Origin: Eledone cirrhosa | Taxonomy: Eukaryota | NCBI GenBank assembly: GCA_964016885.1 | Contig: OZ024741.1 | Coordinates: 120,962,001-121,026,000, forward strand | Direction: 5' to 3' | Length of the DNA stretch: 64,000 nucleotides | Part shown: one piece after another, positions 1 to 13,269 of the stretch | Position numbering within the stretch: the stretch's first letter is position 1 | How the letters are laid out: every line of letters starts with the position of its first letter | Notes under the pieces: model-generated | Told to the model about the DNA's origin: nothing | What the model saw: the letters and a program-made list of their open reading frames with translations, nothing else | The model's database searches: none | Translations under genes and position numbers: made by a program

Positions 1-550
1 GCAATCCAGCGAAGCTACACCAAGAGGATTGCCAAGATGAGGGAGACAAGCTACTGGGAGAGGCTAAAGGAACTGAACCTCTACTCCTTGGAGCGAAGAC
101 GGGAAAGATACGCAGTGATCTACATGTGGAAAATCCTGGAGGGACTAGCACCAAACTTTGGCATTGGGAGCTGGACCAACCGTCGAACAGAACGTCACTG
201 TGTGGTGCCAAAGGTCCCGTTTTCCACATCTAGAATAAGGAGCAGGTATTGCAATAGCCTGGGATTCAAGGGCCCTCAACTCTTCAACAGGCTGCCGAGG
301 CATCTGAGAGACTTGCATGACGTGGAGGTGGATGTCTTTAAGAAACATCTCGACACCTTGTTATCCAGGATCCCGGATGAGCCCACAGCAAGACACGAGG
401 GAAACCTAAGGGCAGCAGCAACAAACTCCCTCCTACACCAGTGGCCAACCTATACAGGCTGGAGATAAAATGTGTAGCAACAAGGGTGGTGCCCCAGCAT
501 GGCCTCAGCTGGATGGCTGAAACAGGTAAAAGAGTAAAAGAGTAAAAGAG
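1..550 (+). mobile_element. CR1-group LINE 3' end
   Basis: ORF 37..468 YWERLKELNLYSLERRRERY is typical of a CR1/L2-group ORF2 C-terminus; ends in a (GTAAAAGA)n tail. Confidence 0.85.
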
Positions 551-698
551 TATATATGTATGTATATGTATATATGTATGTATATGTATATATATATATG
601 TATATATGTATGTATATGTATATATATATATATATGTGTATATGTATATATATATATATATATGTGTATATGTATATATATATATATGTGTATATGTA

Positions 699-732
<34 letters not shown>

Positions 733-756
733 TATGTATATATATATATGTATATG
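551..756. repeat. (TA/TATG)n microsatellite. Similar runs at about 1770-1870, 4230-4420, 4650-5095, 5500-5690, 9095-9470, 9550-10380, 13190-13300, 16350-16610, 22285-22620, 25735-25905, 26500-26680, 27240-27355, 34420-34485
   Basis: Directly visible dinucleotide repeats; source of the YI/YM/CI-rich spurious ORFs. Confidence 0.97.
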
Positions 757-819
757 TTAGATCGACTCTCCATATTTCTTTTCAATGGCTGATAATACTT
801 TACCAGCGCCACTCGAATA

Positions 820-986
820 GGGTAGTTATTTAACCCATAAATGGAGCCCTAACAGGTACTACTACTCCGGGCCAGAGCAGACCTGGGAGTTAGACAACTA
901 AAGGGTAACTCCACATTCCCCACAACTCCTGAACTCCCGAACTGGAGCCTTGCCACTGGATATAGTTTAATGTCATACCCAGGACA
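820..986 (-). mobile_element. SINE-like interspersed repeat fragment
   Basis: Minus strand reads tgtcctgggtatgacattaaac...ggaatgtggagttaccc...ctcccaggtctgctctggcccggagtagtagtacctgttaggg, recalled as a common cephalopod repeat; not database-checked. Confidence 0.45.
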
Positions 987-989
987 TCA

Positions 990-1770
990 GATGCTGAATT
1001 TGCCGACGACATAGTTTTGGTGACAAATACAGTGAAGGAGGCAGAGGATTTGATGCGGGAGGTTGAGACTGTGTTGAGTGTGGGGCTGAGAATGAATGAG
1101 ACTAAAACAAAATATCTGGTAGAGAATGTTGAGAAGCCAGAGGGGATTACTAATGTAGGCGGGAAGCCGCTAGAATTGGTTGAGGGCTTCCTGTATTTGG
1201 GAGCAAAGATTGGGAATACGGAAGATGATGTGATTGAGAGAAAGAGCAAAGCCTGGGTGGCATGCCACAGCTTGAGATCGGTGTGGAAGTCTGACCTTCG
1301 TAAAGACCTGAAAATCCGCCTCTTCATTGCTGTAGTGGAGTCTGTGCTGTTGTATGGGTCTGAGTCTTGGAGACTGACCAAGAAACTCACTCAGATGGTG
1401 GATGGGTGCTACACGAGAATGCTGAGGATGGCTCTGAACATTAATCAGTATACACTGAGGATGAAGAACTCAGAGCTGTACGGGAGCCTCCCAAAAGTCA
1501 GCTCAAAAGTGACACAGAGGAGACTGAGGTTAGCTGGACATGCTCACCGACATCCAGAGTTGACATTGCACTCAGTGCTCTTGTGGGAGCCCCTACATGG
1601 ACACACTGGAAGATGAAGACCAAGGTTAACGTATGTTGATGCCCTAAGGACAGACACTGGTCTGTTGGAGACGCAGGACATGGCAGCGATAATGAGGGAC
1701 AGAAACCGCTGGAGAGAACTCGTCCATGGATCTCGGGAATTTTACCCGCCCTAGATAGATAGATAGATAT
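990..1770 (+). mobile_element. 5'-truncated non-LTR retrotransposon (RTE group, Proto2/RTEX-like) RT C-terminal fragment
   Basis: FADDI...GLRMNETKTK...FLYLG...VESVLLYGSESW...RRLRLAGH...LLWEP.HG in ORF 1017..1616; in-frame stop; (TAGA)n tail. Confidence 0.85.
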
Positions 1771-1872
1771 GTATATGTATATATATATATGTATATATAT
1801 ATATATGTATATGTATATATATATGTATGTATATATATGTATATATGTATGTATATGTATATATATGAATGT

Positions 1873-1874
<2 letters not shown>

Positions 1875-1914
<40 letters not shown>

Positions 1915-3733
1915 GTTTAACGTCCATATTCCACGCTCGCATGGGTTTGGACGGGAGTTTTCTCACTTGAGGCTAGAGTGGTTGTCTTGCTCGCATAGGA
2001 CTGTCTGGCGGGTTTTCTATGGCTGGATGCCCTTCCTAACACCAACCACATTTACAGTGTGGAACTGGGAGGTTTTTACCGTGTTACCTACACGGCCACA
2101 TTACAGCGTGGACTGTGTGTTTTTTTTTGTCGTGACACCTACACGACCTCGTTTGTTTCGGGCTGGATGTTGTGGTACCAACATAACTTTACATTGTAAG
2201 GGGTGGTGTGGATGGGGTGAGGGTAGTGGGACGGGGGTGTATTTTGTTAGAGGTGCCTACTGACTGTAGTAGGTTTCACTTTGCTCTTAGGTAAGGCGGG
2301 TCTTCTCTATTACTGTGTAGCGCCAAAGATCTCGGTCCAGTGACATTGTCTTGGAGAGGTGTAAGTGTGTGAGGTCGGAATTTATCAAGTCGTCCCAGGT
2401 TTTTCTGGGTCTGCTTATCCGTGGCTACCGTCTATTTTTATCGCCCTGCACTTTTTTTTACAGCTGTCGTCTTTCATGCACATCACGTGTCCATACCAAC
2501 GTAGTCTTCTCTCGAGTAAACAACATCTGATCCCTCTTATTTCTAATTTCTCCCTTAGTTTGTTTATGCTTTGCCGTTCACGTATATTATTATTACACAT
2601 CCAGCGGAGCATGCAAGCTTCGTTTCTCTCCAGTCTGCGTATATCCTCTGCACACAATGCCCAGGTCTCACTGCCATGTAACATTGCTGTTCGTATGCAG
2701 GCATCATACAGCCTGCCTTTCATTTTTAGAGAGAACCCTTTAGCGGCCAATAGTGGTATAAGCTCTTTGAACTTTTTCCATCCCGTTCTGACTCTAGCTA
2801 CTGTACTTTCAGAGCACCCTCCCCCACTGCTGATTTTGTCACCCAGGTAACGGAAGCTGTCCACTATTTCTAAAGTACCATCTGTGCAATGGAATGAGTT
2901 AGTATTCGGTGGGCACTTGCTGCTACTTATTGCACCAGAGCACCGGCCACATATAAAATCTATATTCTTAGTTAGCTTACCTGTGATCCCACTACATCTT
3001 TTATGTACCCATACTTTGCATTTGGGACATAAAATGGAGTTTCTACCTACTCCTTTCCTACACACTGAGCATGGCCATTTCCCAGATGGGACCGGTGCCC
3101 TATTTTCCTTCCTACAAACTAGAACTTTAGTCTTAGACAAGTTAACTTTAAGGCCTTTTGATTCTAGGCCATGCTTCAATGTTTGGAATTTCTTCTCTAG
3201 TTCAGCCATTGATTCAGCTATAAGCGTTAGATCATCTGCATATAGGAGTTCCCATGGGCAGCCGGTCTTGAACACCTCTGTTATAGCCTGAAGGGCAATA
3301 ATAAATAGTAGGGGGCTAAGCACGGAGCCCTGATGAACACCAACTTTTACGCTAAACTCTTCACTATATTCGTTGTTAATTCTTACCTTGCTGACTGTTT
3401 CTTTATACATGGCTTGTATAGCTCTCACAAGCCATTCATCAACACCTAGTTTTCTAAGGGCCCACCAGATAATCGAGCGGGGTACTCTGTCAAAGGCTTT
3501 CTCCAAGTCAACAAAAGCTAAGTATAGGGCTTTACTTTTGGCTAGGTACTTCTCCTGTAGTTGTCGTACAATGAAAAGAGCGTCTGTGGTACTTTTACCT
3601 GACACAAACCCGAACTGCATTTCGTCTAGGTCAATTCGCTCTCTGATTAGTTGCGCTATTACTTTTTCTGTGACCTTCATGACCTGGTCAATTAATTTAA
3701 TGCCTCTATAGTTTCCCCTATCTAGGGCATCAC
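1875..3733 (-). mobile_element. RTE LINE family A (PHD-containing), 5'-truncated
   Basis: ORF 2415..3680 [23 protein letters not shown] plus C4HC3 finger; ~380-nt 3' UTR; (TGA)n tail. Confidence 0.95.
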
Positions 3734-3762
3734 ATGTATGTATATGTATATATATATATGTA

Positions 3763-4347
<585 letters not shown>

Positions 4348-4421
4348 GTATATGTATATATATATGTATGTCTATGTGTATATATGTATATGTATATATA
4401 TGTATATATATGTATATATAT

Positions 4422-4650
4422 GTTTACTCAGCTGTAGAAATGAGATGATAGGGACTGGGGTCCAAATCATTCCACTGCAAAGTGGTCGTGGAGGGGCCAT
4501 GGCAAAAAAGCACCCAGCACTCACTGTAAATGAGGTTGGTGTTAGGAAGGGCATCCAGCTGTAGAAATCAAGCCAGAATCAGTTCCCGTCCCACCCTTGC
4601 AAGCAGGGAAAAGCGGACGTAAAATGAAATGATGAAAATGAAAAATGATG
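4422..4650 (+). mobile_element. 5'-truncated copy of the RTE-tailed SINE seen at 63483
   Basis: Near-identical to 63603-63828. Confidence 0.9.
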
Positions 4651-4675
4651 ATATATATGTATATATATATGTGTG

Positions 4676-4780
<105 letters not shown>

Positions 4781-4786
4781 GTTATG

Positions 4787-4841
<55 letters not shown>

Positions 4842-4883
4842 GTTATGTATATATATATATATATATATATGTATATGTATATA

Positions 4884-4952
<69 letters not shown>

Positions 4953-4973
4953 GTATATGTATATATGTATATG

Positions 4974-5004
<31 letters not shown>

Positions 5005-5018
5005 GTATATATATATAA

Positions 5019-5049
<31 letters not shown>

Positions 5050-5094
5050 AATATATATATATATGTATATATATATATATGTATATATATATGT

Positions 5095-5493
5095 AGATAA
5101 ATCTACCAAGAGTTTACGGTAGTGTCCAATCCGTATGAAGAACTCAATGTATTCCGGATATCATGGAAAGAAGAGATGTAATGAAAAACCACTTTCGGTG
5201 AAAGATAAACGGTATACAGAGTCAAGATAAAATATTAAACAAATAATGAATAAACAATTCCTTATATTAAACAAAAAAAGTTCATTATTTAACGATCGTT
5301 TCTAGGGCATATATGTGTTATAATTGGTATGCATATTCAACAGATCTATGTACAAAATTATACAAAATTATACAAATTATCAAGATTAAATATACATACC
5401 TAACACATATATACGCCGTCTTCAGAAATAATCTTTATTTCTGAAGACGGCGTATATATGTGTTAGGTATGTATATTTAATCTTGATAATTTG

Positions 5494-5497
<4 letters not shown>
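5095..5497 (-). mobile_element. Putative Penelope-type terminal repeat fragment with hammerhead motif and partial inverted duplication
   Basis: Hammerhead-like motif on the minus strand plus a 63-bp perfect fold-back; flanked by TA runs; no ORF. Confidence 0.55.
5285..5431 (-). ncRNA. Type I hammerhead ribozyme-like motif (long stem II, palindromic stem III)
   Basis: Minus strand: TTATTT-CTGAAGA-c-GGCgtATATATGTGTTA...TAACACATATATGCC-cta-GAAA-CGATCG-TT-AAATAA. Stem I is 6 bp; the stem II junction is non-canonical. Confidence 0.55.
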
Positions 5498-5532
<35 letters not shown>

Positions 5533-5534
5533 GT

Positions 5535-5565
<31 letters not shown>

Positions 5566-5597
5566 AATATATATATATATGTATATATATATATATG

Positions 5598-5641
<44 letters not shown>

Positions 5642-5692
5642 TATATATATATGTATATATATATGTATATATATATATGTATATATGTATAT

Positions 5693-5990
5693 ACAACAAC
5701 AACAGACACGCAGACACAAACAACAATAACAACACACACAACAACGATAACACACACGGAGACAACAATAACAACAACACACACATCAACAACAACAACA
5801 ATAGCAACATACCCAGATACAACAACAACAGACACGCAGACACAAACAACAATAACAACAACGATAACACACACGGAGACAACAACAACACACATCAACA
5901 ACAACAACAACACACACGCATTCAATGCCTCTCACCACCACCACAATCTTAACAAACACACAGACACAGAAAACAAGTAATGACAGTAGC
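5693..5990. repeat. (AAC/CAC)-rich low-complexity region with ~120-bp internal duplication
   Basis: acaacaacaacagacacgcagacacaaac... occurs at ~5693 and ~5819. Confidence 0.8.
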
Positions 5991-6120
5991 ACAGAAATCA
6001 GAGAAATAAGAGAAAGTTAATAGGATTAAAAGGAAAAGGAGATGGGAGACTAAGGACAAAGAGAATAACCAAGACGAACACACAGACACACAAAATAGGG
6101 TAGATAACAACATTGAGCCA

Positions 6121-9092
6121 GTGGAAAGAGACAGGAGTAATTATGAGAGACATAGAAACAACCATGAGGCTGTTGGTGGAAATAGAAATAGAAACAACAC
6201 AACTAACAATAATAATAGCACTAGTACACATAAAGCAGCAGCCTGGAACTCTCCGTTTTATAACCCCTCCGATAAATCATTCGACCTACGACGAGTCCAC
6301 GCCACGACTTTGCCATTTAACAAACGCACGCAGTTGCCGTCGCAGGTCGATGAACAAACAGAAGCACAATTTAGTATAGCTAAATCCGAACTTAGAAATA
6401 TTATAGAACAGTATAGCAAGAAGCATAATAGAATAGAGGCCCAGCAACTGGGAGAAAAATCTGCAAATGGCTTGCGTAAGCTCATGCAGCGCTCGCGTAA
6501 ATTAATGGAGAGATAGCATGTTTTCCAACAGACAAGTCTGGCAGAATGTCGGTTGACAGCCTGCCAAACTACATCCAGGCAATGCAACCCCACATCACTA
6601 ACACAAGAGAGGTAACACCACAGGAGCATGAGGATAGAGAAAAAGCCCACAATGCCCATATGGTGATGTGGACGAATATAATGCAGCCCAACAAAAGGAC
6701 TGCCAACAACTTCCAGGCCTGGAACAATGACGTGCCGGCGTTGTATGGGCTTCGAAAAGACCATAAAACGGGCTGGGACCCTGTCGCGGGACCACCAACA
6801 CGGCCAGTCTGTGGGGCTAACATTGCTAGTAACTACAGACTGTCCTACTTCCTCTCCCTGATCATACGCCCCTTCATCGAGATGTCCCCAGATGTGTGTA
6901 ACAGCACGGAGGACCTCCTCAGCAGAATCGGCGCGGGTAACCGATCTGGGGACCTAACAAACTGCATAATAGGCAGTATGGATGTTGTGTCCCTGTATCC
7001 ATCTATTGACGTGGATTTTGCTGTGGAGAAATGCGTAGAAATGATCAGTGAGAGCAATGTTGAGTTCCGTGGGATTGATACCAGTGAGCTGGGACTTCTA
7101 CTTAAGCTTACCCATAGTAATAGTTACCTAGACACTTATGACCTTAGCAACCTGTGCCCTACAAGACCAGCAAGAGGCAGACCACCTAGCATTACCTCAA
7201 TGGCCAAGAAAACCCACACAGATAGATGGAACGGGTGGACCAGAGCCATACGGACACCCGAAAACCACGATGAACTGAAGAAAATGATTGCACATGCGGT
7301 AGGGGCCAGCATAAAATTAACCCTTAAGGAACATATGTTCAAATTTAATGGTAAAACATATGCCCAAGAGGAAGGAGCAGCCATTGGTGTTAGCATTGCA
7401 GGCGACATAGCTAACTTATTCATGGTATGGTGGGACAGTAGACTTAAACAAAAACTTAAAGAACAATTAGAAGATAGCTTAAACCTGATAATGTACTCCC
7501 GCTACGTAGATGATATAAACATCGTAGTTAAGACACCCCCACTAAAGAACAGCCAGGAACTAGAGAAAAACACAATGGAAAGCATCCACCAAATAGCAAA
7601 CTCCATCCACCAGAGCATTAGAGTTACTATAGACTACCCAAGTAGACACCCCAACCATCGATTACCTGTACTAGACACAGAGCTCTGGTTAGATACCATT
7701 AACAACCAAAAACAAATCCTCCATTCCCATTATGCCAAACCCATGACTTCCAAACATCTGATCCACCGAAACTTGGCCATTTCGGACCATACCAAAATCA
7801 ACATACTGATTGCGGACTTGGTACGGGTGATGAGAAATGTGTCCCGCATGTGCAACCCCGAAGAACTAGAGAGACACATACAACACTTCATCCACCGTAT
7901 GCAGTTCTCTGGCTACAATCAGAGAGATAGAATCAGAGTGTATAAAGGAGCCAGAACCAAATGGGAAAAAATGGTAAATAATGACATAAATGGGACCTGC
8001 CCCTTGCATAGGAGCAAATTTTGGAATAGAATAGAAAGAACTAGGAACAAGGCCAATAGAATAAACTCATGGTATGATAGCAATAAATACCAGAGTGTAA
8101 TGTTCATCAATACAACCCCTAGAGGCGAACTAGCCTACAAATTTAGAAGGGCCCTAAATAAACATAATCTCAATATTAAGATAGTAGAAAGACCAGGTAC
8201 CTCCGTAAAAACACTTATTAGCAAGACATACCCGTTCCAAAGACCCTCATGTATAGATAAGAAATGTATAACCTGTAAAATAAGCCCCCATATTAACTGT
8301 AAAACTAGAAATGTAGTGTATAGCATAAGATGTACTGAAGGACAATGTAGAAACAAAAATATAGTGTACATAGGTGAGACAGCTTGTAGTATAGGGGAAC
8401 GAATAAATGAACACTGGCGAGACCTCCAAGATAATAAAGAATCATCTGTGCTCTACCAACATGCTAAGATAGAACACAGGGGTAGATTAGAGAACATAGA
8501 AATAAAAATAGAATCCACACACAGAAAAGACGCAATGTTTAGGCAAATTACAGAGGCAGTAAGCATAAAAGAATTAAAACCAAAAACCAAAACCAAAACC
8601 AAAATTAAATAGAAAATATGAGTGGAACAGCAACATCACAACTTACAATTAAGGACAAAATGAAAACACACACAGGACAAAATGAAAACACACACACACA
8701 TAGAACAAACAACCAACCAACAATAAATAAATAAACAAATAGATAAATGAACACAAACACACACAGACACCCGGATGTGGCGCATGCGCAAACTGAGCAC
8801 ACAACACACACACACACACACACAGAAACAAAATGGCGGAGGATAGAAGAAAGGAAAGGCACAGAAACAAAGTAAGGAATCCCCAGTCACTGAAGAGGTC
8901 ACAGAGTGTGTGACGAAAGGACTATGACTATATATAAACAACTATCTGGTTGTGGAACCAACCAACCAACCAGAAATTTATAGGTTTGTAAATTTGTAAA
9001 TTTATAAATTTATAAATATATAATAAATTGAAGTGAAAGCAACTGGTGCATGTGTTTCTTATTGGCAACATGACCCTCCCAAAGTATAACAA
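6121..9092 (+). mobile_element. Penelope-like element 1 (RT + C-terminal GIY-YIG with Cys-rich linker) with 3' pLTR
   Basis: TDKSG upstream of ORF 6546..8612; RPVCG, MDVVSLYPSI, GAAIG, YSRYVDD; VVY...YIGET...R..EH GIY-YIG; frameshift near 6500; 5' boundary uncertain. Confidence 0.93.
8885..8929 (+). ncRNA. Minimal type I hammerhead ribozyme in Penelope pLTR
   Basis: AGTCA-CTGAAGA-g-GTCACA-gagtg-TGTGAC-GAAA-ggac-TA-TGACT: intact core, 5-bp stem I, 6-bp stem II, minimal stem III; predicted cleavage after CUA (8924). Confidence 0.85.
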
Positions 9093-9124
9093 TATATATA
9101 TATAAATATATTTATATGTATATG

Positions 9125-9174
<50 letters not shown>

Positions 9175-9471
9175 AATATATATATATATGTATATATATA
9201 TGTATATATATATATACATATATATTTATATATGTATATATATATATGTATATATATATATGTATATATATATATAAATATATATATATATGTATATATA
9301 TATGTATATATATATATGTATATATATATATATGTATATATATATATGTATATATATATATATGTATATATATATATGTATGTATATATATATATGTATG
9401 TATATATATATATGTATGTATATATATATATGTATATATATATATGTATATATATATACATATATATATAA

Positions 9472-9543
9472 CAGGACAACCCGTCTAACCCATGCTAGCG
9501 TGGAAGAACGGACGTAAAACGGTGATGATGATGATGATGATGA
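9472..9543 (+). mobile_element. RTE family-B-type 3' tail stub
   Basis: acccgtctaacccatgctagcgtggaagaacggacgtaaaacgg(tga)n, matching 40850-40912. Confidence 0.85.
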
Positions 9544-9591
9544 TATACAAATATGTATATATATATATGTATATATATATATGTATATATA

Positions 9592-9622
<31 letters not shown>

Positions 9623-9689
9623 ATATATATATGTATGTATATATATATGTATATGTATATATATATGTATATATATGTATATATATATG

Positions 9690-9804
<115 letters not shown>

Positions 9805-9833
9805 GTATATATATATGTATATGTATATATATG

Positions 9834-9864
<31 letters not shown>

Positions 9865-10278
9865 GTGTATATATATATATGTATATATATGTATATGTAT
9901 ATATATATATGTATATATATGTATATGTATATATATATGTATATGTATATATATATATGTATATATATGTATATGTATATATATATGTATATATATATGT
10001 ATATATGTATGTATATATGTATGTATATGTATATATGCATGTATATGTATATATGTATATATATGTATGTATATGTATATATATATATGTATGTATATGT
10101 ATATATATATATGTATGTATATGTATATATATATGTATGTATATGTATATATATATGTATGTATATGTATATATATGTATGTATATGTATATATATATGT
10201 ATGTATATGTATATGTATGTATATGTATATATATATGTATGTATGTATATATATATATGTATGTATATATGTATATAG

Positions 10279-10374
<96 letters not shown>

Positions 10375-10610
10375 GTATATAATAATGAAATTATTGTGTT
10401 AAGTCCTCAGGTGCACAACAACTCGTCAAAAGTGCATGTATAGTACAGAGAATAATATACAAATGTCAGGGAAGTGAATAGTGTATGAGTCATGATATAC
10501 ATGTGTGTATGTGTATGGAGGGGGAACATTAGGTGTATATATGTATATATATGTATATATATATATGTATATATATATATGTATATATATATATGTATAT
10601 ATATATGTAT

Positions 10611-12906
10611 ATCATCATCATCATCATCATTTTACGTCTGCTTTTCCCTGCTTGCAAGGGTGGGACGGGTCTTATTCAGCATCTCTCCACTTGTCACGGT
10701 CCTTCGTCATCTCTACCGTGAGCTTCAGCGATCTGAGGTTTGTTCGCACCACCTCCACCCACGTTTTTCTCTCAACACATTCATGCTGGGTCGTTCACGC
10801 ACATTGACATTGCACATCCAAATGAGCATGCTTGCTTCGTTTCTCTCCAGCCGTCACATATCCTCTGCAGTTGCTGCCCATGTCTCAGTACCATGCAGCA
10901 TCGTGCTCCTCACACAGGCATCATATAACCGGCCTTTCTTGCACAGGGAGAAACACCTCTTCGTCAGCAGAGGAAGCAGCTCCCTAAACTTCTTCCAACC
11001 CATCCTTATTCTAGACACCATGTCCTCGGAACACGCGCCTCCCATGCGAATCTGATCTCCTAGGTACCGGTAGCTATCCACCACTTCTATAGCACCCGCC
11101 TGCATTTGAAAAATGTGTCTATCAATGCGACTTCTACTGTCTAATTTCCCTGTACATCTACTGCATACGTATTTCTCCCTACCTGTTAGTTTGCCTGCTA
11201 TCCCGCTACATCTCTTGTGTACCCATGATCTGCATTGTGTGCATTTTATAGAATTTATGCCAGTTCTTTTTCTGCATATCGAACATGACCATTTCCCTCT
11301 TTTCTACTCATCAACACTTTTGTCTTAGCTAGGTTTATTCTCAGTCCTCTTGCTTCCAACTGCTGTTTCCATAGCCAGAATTTATTCTCTAGCTCCTCTA
11401 CTGATTCTGCTATAAGAACCAGATCATCAGCATAGAGAAGTTCCCATGGACAGCCAGTCTTAAACTCCTCTGTTATGGCTTGGAGGACTATAATGAACAA
11501 GAGCGAGCTGAGGACCAAACCTTCATGTACTCCTACTTGTACCTGGAATTCCTCACTAAACTCAATTCCTACTCTGCCTTTACTGAGTTTGCACTGTCCT
11601 CACAAGCCATTCCTCAACACCTAGTTTCCTTAGGGACCACCAGATGACAGATCGGGGTACTCTATCAAAGGCCTTCTCTAGGTCAACAAAGGCTAAGTAT
11701 AGTGGCTTATTTTTCTCTAAGAACCTCTCTTGTAATTGTCTCACCAAGAAGAGGGCATCTGTTGTACTCTTCCCAGGCACAAAACCAAACTGCATCTCAT
11801 CTAGTTTGACCCTTTCTCTAATTAGTTGTGCTAATATCCTTTCTGCCACTTTCATAACCTGATCCATCAGTTTTATACCCCTATAATTGCTCCTCTCCAG
11901 AGCATCCCCTTTACCTTTGAAGCAATTTATGAGAATACTGCTGCACCAGTCTTTGGGTATGACACCACCATATATAGCCTGGTTGATGATGCGTGCAACC
12001 AGTTTAGTGCCTATGTCCCCTGATGCCTTCAGCATCTCAGCAACCATTCCCGATGGCCCAGCAAGCAGCCGTACCATTTTTCATTTCCTTAATCGCCTCT
12101 TGGACCCTATATTCGTCAATCTCAATAGCTGCTCTCTCTGTCGGATCTACTGAGGGTAATTTCTCTCTCCCATTCGTACTCCACATTCATCAGTCTCTCA
12201 TAATGACATTTCCAGGTCTCCTTTTTCTGATCATTCGTGACACTAAGTACACCGGCATCATTCCGGACACATTTATCTCCAACAACGTCCTGATTTGCAT
12301 TGACACACTGCCTTACAATGTGGAACACCGCACGCCTCTGATCTTCCCGTCGCAGAACATTGGCAAACTTCCTACTCTCAGCCTCCCTGCGTGCTAAGTA
12401 CACCTGACGTCTAGCTTCTCTCTTAGCAGCTGTATATCCTTCCCTACTCCCATCCTTTTTCCAAGCCTTCCATGCTAGTCTTTTGTCTCTAATGGCCTTA
12501 TCTACTGTGTTGTTCCACCACCAGGTCACTCTCTGTCTGGTTGGACCACCAGGTCACTCTCTGTTCATCAGTAGCCTGCAGTAAGAAATTCCAGTTATTA
12601 TCTATGTCATACGTCTCTAAATCGTCTTCTTTTTCGTCATACACATCTTGAAGGGCTTTCCTAATTTTGTATTTTAGTGAAAGGTCTTTTAGCTTCCAGA
12701 CCTTTCTTCTCCACACCAGCCTCATTCCATCTCTTGCTTACTGAGATATCACTAACGACTAACCTATGCTGTGGGGTACATTCTTCCTCAGGGTATGCCT
12801 TGGTATTAGACACTATCTGCCTGTCCCTCTGCCTAACTAGTAAGAAGTCAATCTGGCTTATGTGCTCGCCAGATTTGTAGGTTAGCTGGTTGGCAGGTTT
12901 CTGGAA
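10611..12906 (-). mobile_element. RTE LINE family C (short 3' UTR), degenerate with internal deletions
   Basis: ORF pieces 12661..12987, 12122..12529, 11580..12077, 11255..11518, 10854..11105 (EN end, RT, PHD); tail cccttgcaagcagggaaaagcagacgtaaaa(tga)n. Confidence 0.92.
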
Positions 12907-12918
12907 GTATATGTGTAT

Positions 12919-12966
<48 letters not shown>

Positions 12967-13186
12967 TAGTCGATCGACTTTCGTCAAATCGGACCGAGGA
13001 AACTATGTTTCCGTTGGTCTTTCCAATTGCTAATACTATCTATCGGTCGCAACTCCAGGTAGAAGGAGCAACGTGAAATAAAGTGTCTTGCTCAAGGACA
13101 TAACGCATCGCCTGGTTCAGGAATCGAACTCACAACCTCACGATTGTGAATCCAATACTCTAACCACTCAGCCACACGCCTTCACA
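12967..13186 (-). mobile_element. tRNA-derived SINE with CORE-like domain
   Basis: A box TGGCTGAGTGG, B box GAGTTCGATTCC, tccttgagcaagacactt; homologous to 55021-55210. Confidence 0.85.
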
Positions 13187-13220
13187 TATATATATATATG
13201 TATATATATATATGTAATTC

Positions 13221-13269
<49 letters not shown>

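Noticed and set aside
6546-8612. Selenoprotein-type (Naiad) Penelope or telomerase
   Set aside because: The endonuclease is C-terminal, there is no in-frame TGA in the ORF, and no TERT-specific motifs are seen
12967-13186. tRNA genes (also 55021 and 63483)
   Set aside because: A/B boxes run into SINE bodies and no complete cloverleaf is evident; these are SINE heads
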